A DNA stretch of 64,000 nt. Source: Gemmatimonadota bacterium (GTDB lineage Bacteria; Gemmatimonadota; Gemmatimonadetes; Gemmatimonadales; GWC2-71-9). Where the stretch lies: assembly GCA_003221895.1 (NCBI GenBank), contig QHUJ01000121.1, positions 5,847-69,846 of the forward strand, read 5' to 3'. The notes under the pieces are model-generated. The model saw only the letters and a list, made by a program, of their open reading frames with translations. It searched no databases and had not been told where the DNA came from. This document shows, piece by piece, positions 60,225 through 64,000 of this stretch. A program made the position numbers and the translations under genes. Numbering within the stretch: position 1 is the first letter of the stretch; each line of letters begins with the position of its first letter.

Positions 60225-61322
60225 ATGATGCGCCGGCGCGACCGCTCCCCGATTCGTTTCACCATTGTCCTGGCCGCCGTGCTCGCGGGATGCGAGCACG
60301 GCGCCCCGTTCCTTCCGGCCGATTACACTCCCTCGCAACCCTACAACGCGCCGCCGCTCATCCGTCTCACCTTGAATCCTGGTGACGATATGATGCCGGC
60401 CTGGCTGCCGGACGGCGAGATCGTGTACACCGCGGAGCGGATCGATCGCGCGGATCATGACCGCTGCCTGGCGGTGATGCCCGGCACCGGCGCCGCAGTC
60501 TTCCGCTACGTCTGCCGCAGCTCGACCTCCAACGATTCGCTCGACGTCTTTCTAGAGGCGAGCGCGACCTCGCTCGGGGGAGATCAGATCGCGTACGTGC
60601 GGCAGGGTTCGTACCGGCTGCCTATCCCCCCAATCTCTCCGAACGAGCAGGCCATTATCGTCGCGCCAGTCACGGATCCCAACGCCGGTCGCGAGGTCCG
60701 GAGCGTGCCGTATCTCGCGCCCTCCGGGCGCACCCACTGGGGGATTTCGCACCTCCGCTGGCTCGACGCGGCCCGGCTCATCTACGTGGGTGAAGACGTG
60801 AGCTATCCGCGCGGCTGCTCGATGTGCCCTCCCGACACCGTTCGCGTCGGACTCGAGATTGCGGTCATCGATCTGACTCCCGCCACTCCAACAGTGACGA
60901 TCGTGCCGGGGACAGACGCCGCGTCGTCCGTCAGCGTCGGCGCAACCAGCGACACGATCTACTTCACACGCGAAAACGACGCGGTCGTGTACCGGCACGT
61001 GTTCTCGAGTGGCGTGACCGACACGGTTCATGATTTTGGTGGTAACCGGCTCGTGCGCGATGTCGCGTGGGCGGCCGGGCGCCTGTTCGTGGTGGTGGAC
61101 GGCCTCCCGGACATTGGCGGTGATGTGCACATCCTCGGACCCGCGGCCGGCGCAGACTCGCTGGTGCAGCCGCCCGCCCGCGCTAGGGGCGCATTTGTGT
61201 GGTTCGAGCGGCCGGCGCCGTCGCCTGATGGCCGGCGCTTCGTCGCCCAAGGGTATGTCCTCGCGAGCGACACGTCCTCGCTCGCCTCCAGCCGCGAAGT
61301 ATGGCTGTACGAGCTGCCGTAA
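60225..61322 (+). CDS. Lipoprotein with a TolB/PD40-like beta-propeller
   Basis: The ATG at 60225 gives MMRRRDRSPIRFTIVLAAVLAGC, which contains the lipobox LAGC. PD40-like motifs are PAWLPDGEIVY and PSPDGRRFVAQ. Confidence 0.6.
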   Translation: MMRRRDRSPIRFTIVLAAVLAGCEHGAPFLPADYTPSQPYNAPPLIRLTLNPGDDMMPAWLPDGEIVYTAERIDRADHDRCLAVMPGTGAAVFRYVCRSSTSNDSLDVFLEASATSLGGDQIAYVRQGSYRLPIPPISPNEQAIIVAPVTDPNAGREVRSVPYLAPSGRTHWGISHLRWLDAARLIYVGEDVSYPRGCSMCPPDTVRVGLEIAVIDLTPATPTVTIVPGTDAASSVSVGATSDTIYFTRENDAVVYRHVFSSGVTDTVHDFGGNRLVRDVAWAAGRLFVVVDGLPDIGGDVHILGPAAGADSLVQPPARARGAFVWFERPAPSPDGRRFVAQGYVLASDTSSLASSREVWLYELP

Positions 61323-64000
61323 CGGCCGCGGGCGCCGCGCTCTGTCTCATGACAGGCGCGCTGGCGGCCCAAACGAACGGTTCGATCGTCGGGCACGTGC
61401 GCCAGCGCGTGGGGAGTGTTCCCGTCAGTGGCGCGGAGATTGGACTCGACGGCCGCTTCCTCGCGCAGACCGACTCCACAGGCTACTACCGCATACGCGA
61501 AGTGCGGAGCGGCTGGCATGTCGTCACGGTCCGCTCCATCGGCTTCGAGACCGTCCGCCGCGACAGCGTTCTGGTCCGTGCCGGCCAGAACACGGTGGTG
61601 AACTTCACCGTGGACGTCTACACGATCGAGCGGCCGATCGTGGTCGAGGCGTACGCTGATTCGATCCTGGACCCGACGGTCGTCGCGTCAGTGCAGCGCA
61701 TTGGCGGAGACGAGCTGCGGCGCTTTCCAGTCACGACGGTGGCAGAAGCCGTCGCCCTGTCCGCCGGCGCCGTGGGCGAGAGCTACCGCGGTGGCCGCCT
61801 CGGCCAGCAGGCGTTCGTGCTCGATGGATTGGGTGTGAAGAATCAGCTGGACGCGTCAACGGGCGGACTCGGCGTGCGCATTCCGCCCGACCTGCTGGTG
61901 GAAGCGTCACTCGCGACCAACGGTTTCTCCGCGCGCTACGGCCAGGCCATTTCCGGTCTCGTCAACGTCGTGACCAAAGACGGCGGCGAACGCTGGAGCG
62001 GACGCGCGGCCTACGAGAGCGACCGGCTGCTGTGGGGCGCCGCGGATATGGGTCAGGACCGCATGGTCGTGTCGGCGGATGGCCCGCTCGGCGGCGGCAT
62101 CGGGGTCGTCGCGGTACTCGACGTCGAGGGCAAGCTCGATGCCGATCCCGTGAATGCGCCGCCGCCCCCCGAGGCGCGAGATCCCCGCAACAACAACCCC
62201 GCGATGCTACCGCACAACAGCGGCGAGCGCGTCGACGCCGGCGCCAAGCTGCGCCTGCCGCTCGGCGGGTCACACTCCCTGCGCCTGTTCGCGCTGCGAT
62301 CGGTCGAGCAACGGCTGCTGTACGATCCCGTCTACAAGTACGACACCGATGGTGCGCCCGGGCAGCGCGTGAGTGGCAACCTGGTCAGCGCCGACCTGCA
62401 GCGCGCGAGCAACAATTTCACCGCCGACCTGCGCGCCGGTTACTTCTCGCGCGAGTTCGAGCGGGGGACGCTCGCCGAGCAACCGCGGTACCGCTTCGGA
62501 GCGTTCACCGGCAGCCCGTTTCGGTTCACCGGCGACGAGCTGGCGCGCAGTCAGGACACCGTCGCGGCGCGCGCGCCCATTCCCGGACTCACCGCTCCCG
62601 ACTTCAGCGATCGGACGCCGTGGGGCGTGCCCGCATTTTTCCTCGGTGGCGGGTCAGCCGGCGGAGTGGCGTGGAACCAGTTCCACGAGCTGCGCGGTCA
62701 GGCCGATTTCAGCGTGGGAGGTCCGCACGGCGATTTCTACTTTGGCGGAGAGATTGCGCGGCAGGACGTGAAAACCTTCCAGCGGGCCCTGGGCTATCTG
62801 CCCGTCGGTGACAGCGTACCGCCCGCTGAGGCCTCGACCTTCACACCGATGTCCGCTGCGGCGTACGCGGAAGGGCAGCTGCGCGGGCCGGACTTCGTGT
62901 TCACGTTTGGGCTGCGCTACGACCAGTTCGATCCCGGAACCGGGATCCCCGGCGGTGCCGTGTACGGCGCGCGGCGCAGCTTCAGTCCACGGCTCGGCTT
63001 CTCGACCATCCTGAAGGGCGCGACGTTCGTCGCGAGCTGGGGCCGCTTCTCCCAGGCACCCGACTTCCAGTATCTCGTCGATGCGGCCTTCGACGACACG
63101 TTGCGCACGGGCCGTTTCCGTCGCGGCAACCCGAACCTCGGCTTCGAGGAGGCGACGCAGTACGAGTTCTCGTTGCGGACGCGACCCTCGCCCACGACGA
63201 CGCTGCGCGTCAACGTCTTCAACAAACTGCTCGACGGAATGGTGGCGTCGGTGCCGCTGGGCGTCGATCCCGACTCGTCGATTTTCGGGAATCTCGACTA
63301 CGGAGACGTGAAGGGTGTGGAAGTCATCGGGGAGCGGCCGCTGCGTGATGGCTGGGGTGTGCGCGTTTCCTATACGCTGCAACAGGCGCAGGCGACCGCG
63401 ACCAACGCGTTCCAGCTCACCCGGCGCATCCGCGTCGATCCCGGGGGCGACACGATCAATCCGGCGCGCGTGACGTTCCCGCTCGATTACGATCGCCGCC
63501 ACGGTCTCACGGTGATCGGGCAGACGCAGCTGTCACGCAATGCCGGTCCGCGGCTCGCGGGTATACGTCCGTTTGCCGGATTCGAGGCGGCGGTGATCGT
63601 TCGCGTGAGCTCCGGCCTGCCGTACACGATGACGAATCTTGCGGGCGACAGTCTGATCGGCTTACCCAACAGTCACCGGCTGCCGACACTGGCGACGGTG
63701 GACATGCTGCTGAGACAACCGATTCGGCTGGGCGGACGGTGGCAGGGGAGTGTCTACCTCGACGTGCGGAATCTGCTCAATCGCCAGAACGTCGAGGCCG
63801 TGCGTCGCGAGACGGGTCAGCCGAACTTCACCGACGCCCAGATTCAACAGATGGCGGAGACGGCATACGCGGCCCACCCGGAACCGATTCCCTACGAGTC
63901 ACCGCGCTATCGTTCTTACGCCGATCTGGACGGCAACGGCCTCATCGAAGGACGCACGGAGCTGTTCCCGCTCTATCTGTCGGCCGCCCGGGATTATGGG
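61301..64000 (+). CDS. TonB-dependent-receptor-like outer membrane protein with an N-terminal carboxypeptidase-regulatory-like domain (3' end outside the window)
   Basis: This frame is absent from the supplied ORF track, apparently because it has no stop in the window. My own translation from the ATG at 61301 gives MAVRAAVTAAGAALCLMTGALAAQ. It continues with GSIVGHV...TDSTGYYRIREVRSGWHVVTVRSIGF, a plug region (ATNGFSARYGQAISGLVNVVTK) and barrel motifs (RGNPNLGFEEATQYEFSL). It stays open for 900 codons to the window end. Confidence 0.8.
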   Translation, partial: MAVRAAVTAAGAALCLMTGALAAQTNGSIVGHVRQRVGSVPVSGAEIGLDGRFLAQTDSTGYYRIREVRSGWHVVTVRSIGFETVRRDSVLVRAGQNTVVNFTVDVYTIERPIVVEAYADSILDPTVVASVQRIGGDELRRFPVTTVAEAVALSAGAVGESYRGGRLGQQAFVLDGLGVKNQLDASTGGLGVRIPPDLLVEASLATNGFSARYGQAISGLVNVVTKDGGERWSGRAAYESDRLLWGAADMGQDRMVVSADGPLGGGIGVVAVLDVEGKLDADPVNAPPPPEARDPRNNNPAMLPHNSGERVDAGAKLRLPLGGSHSLRLFALRSVEQRLLYDPVYKYDTDGAPGQRVSGNLVSADLQRASNNFTADLRAGYFSREFERGTLAEQPRYRFGAFTGSPFRFTGDELARSQDTVAARAPIPGLTAPDFSDRTPWGVPAFFLGGGSAGGVAWNQFHELRGQADFSVGGPHGDFYFGGEIARQDVKTFQRALGYLPVGDSVPPAEASTFTPMSAAAYAEGQLRGPDFVFTFGLRYDQFDPGTGIPGGAVYGARRSFSPRLGFSTILKGATFVASWGRFSQAPDFQYLVDAAFDDTLRTGRFRRGNPNLGFEEATQYEFSLRTRPSPTTTLRVNVFNKLLDGMVASVPLGVDPDSSIFGNLDYGDVKGVEVIGERPLRDGWGVRVSYTLQQAQATATNAFQLTRRIRVDPGGDTINPARVTFPLDYDRRHGLTVIGQTQLSRNAGPRLAGIRPFAGFEAAVIVRVSSGLPYTMTNLAGDSLIGLPNSHRLPTLATVDMLLRQPIRLGGRWQGSVYLDVRNLLNRQNVEAVRRETGQPNFTDAQIQQMAETAYAAHPEPIPYESPRYRSYADLDGNGLIEGRTELFPLYLSAARDYG

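Noticed and set aside
1-64000. A search by eye for CRISPR arrays, IS elements, transposases, integrases, phage genes, toxin-antitoxin pairs, known defence-system nucleases or ATPases, and tRNA or rRNA genes.
   Set aside because: I found none. All intergenic gaps are 241 nt or shorter and lack tRNA hallmarks. I noticed no interspaced direct-repeat arrays and no GC-content island. A computational scan (tRNAscan-SE, CRISPR finder, ISfinder, DefenseFinder) would be needed to be definitive.

Overview
This is a high-GC (roughly two-thirds G+C by eye) chromosomal segment from a diderm bacterium. It encodes an Omp85-type barrel, a TonB-dependent receptor and lipoproteins. The gene style suggests Gemmatimonadota or Acidobacteriota, but that is inference only.

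I call about 55 tightly packed protein genes. Many are joined by ATGA/GTGA/TGATG/TTGA stop-start overlaps, and four convergent pairs share overlapping stop codons. I recognised no rRNA, tRNA, CRISPR array, transposase, integrase or phage genes, so this looks like core chromosome rather than a mobile island.

- **Housekeeping anchors:** gyrA, a pncB-like gene, argC-argB-argD plus a short GNAT, a class-V aminotransferase plus serA, leuS and fabH.
- **Other content:** many secreted peptidases (S41, M14, M19, S9, M1), an MbfA-like iron exporter and an orphan MCP.
- **Signalling modules:**
  - REC-GAF-GGDEF coupled to a zinc-ribbon Ser/Thr kinase.
  - ECF sigma, anti-sigma and a PDZ-only protein.
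  - A heme-oxygenase-like diiron protein coupled to a PAS hybrid kinase, next to PadR.
  - An Hpt-REC protein.

**Best candidate for an undescribed system (48.8-54.1 kb).** An ATGA-coupled operon encodes Hpt-REC, then a membrane HEAT-repeat protein, then a processive GT2 polysaccharide synthase. The synthase is fused in frame, through an internal Sec-type signal peptide, to an outer-membrane-type beta-barrel. This operon is divergent from a 4-Cys mini-protein and a degenerate HD-GYP membrane protein, and convergent with an internally duplicated 8-TM protein.

**Secondary candidates:**
- The diiron-protein/kinase/PadR locus.
- A 4-hydroxybenzoyl-CoA-reductase-type molybdoenzyme whose FAD subunit carries the extra Cys cluster.
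- A GT2/zf-HC2/unknown secreted protein operon.
- A heptamer-repeat hairpin array in the mbfA/ECF-sigma divergent promoter.

All functional calls come from motif recognition by eye. No searches were run.
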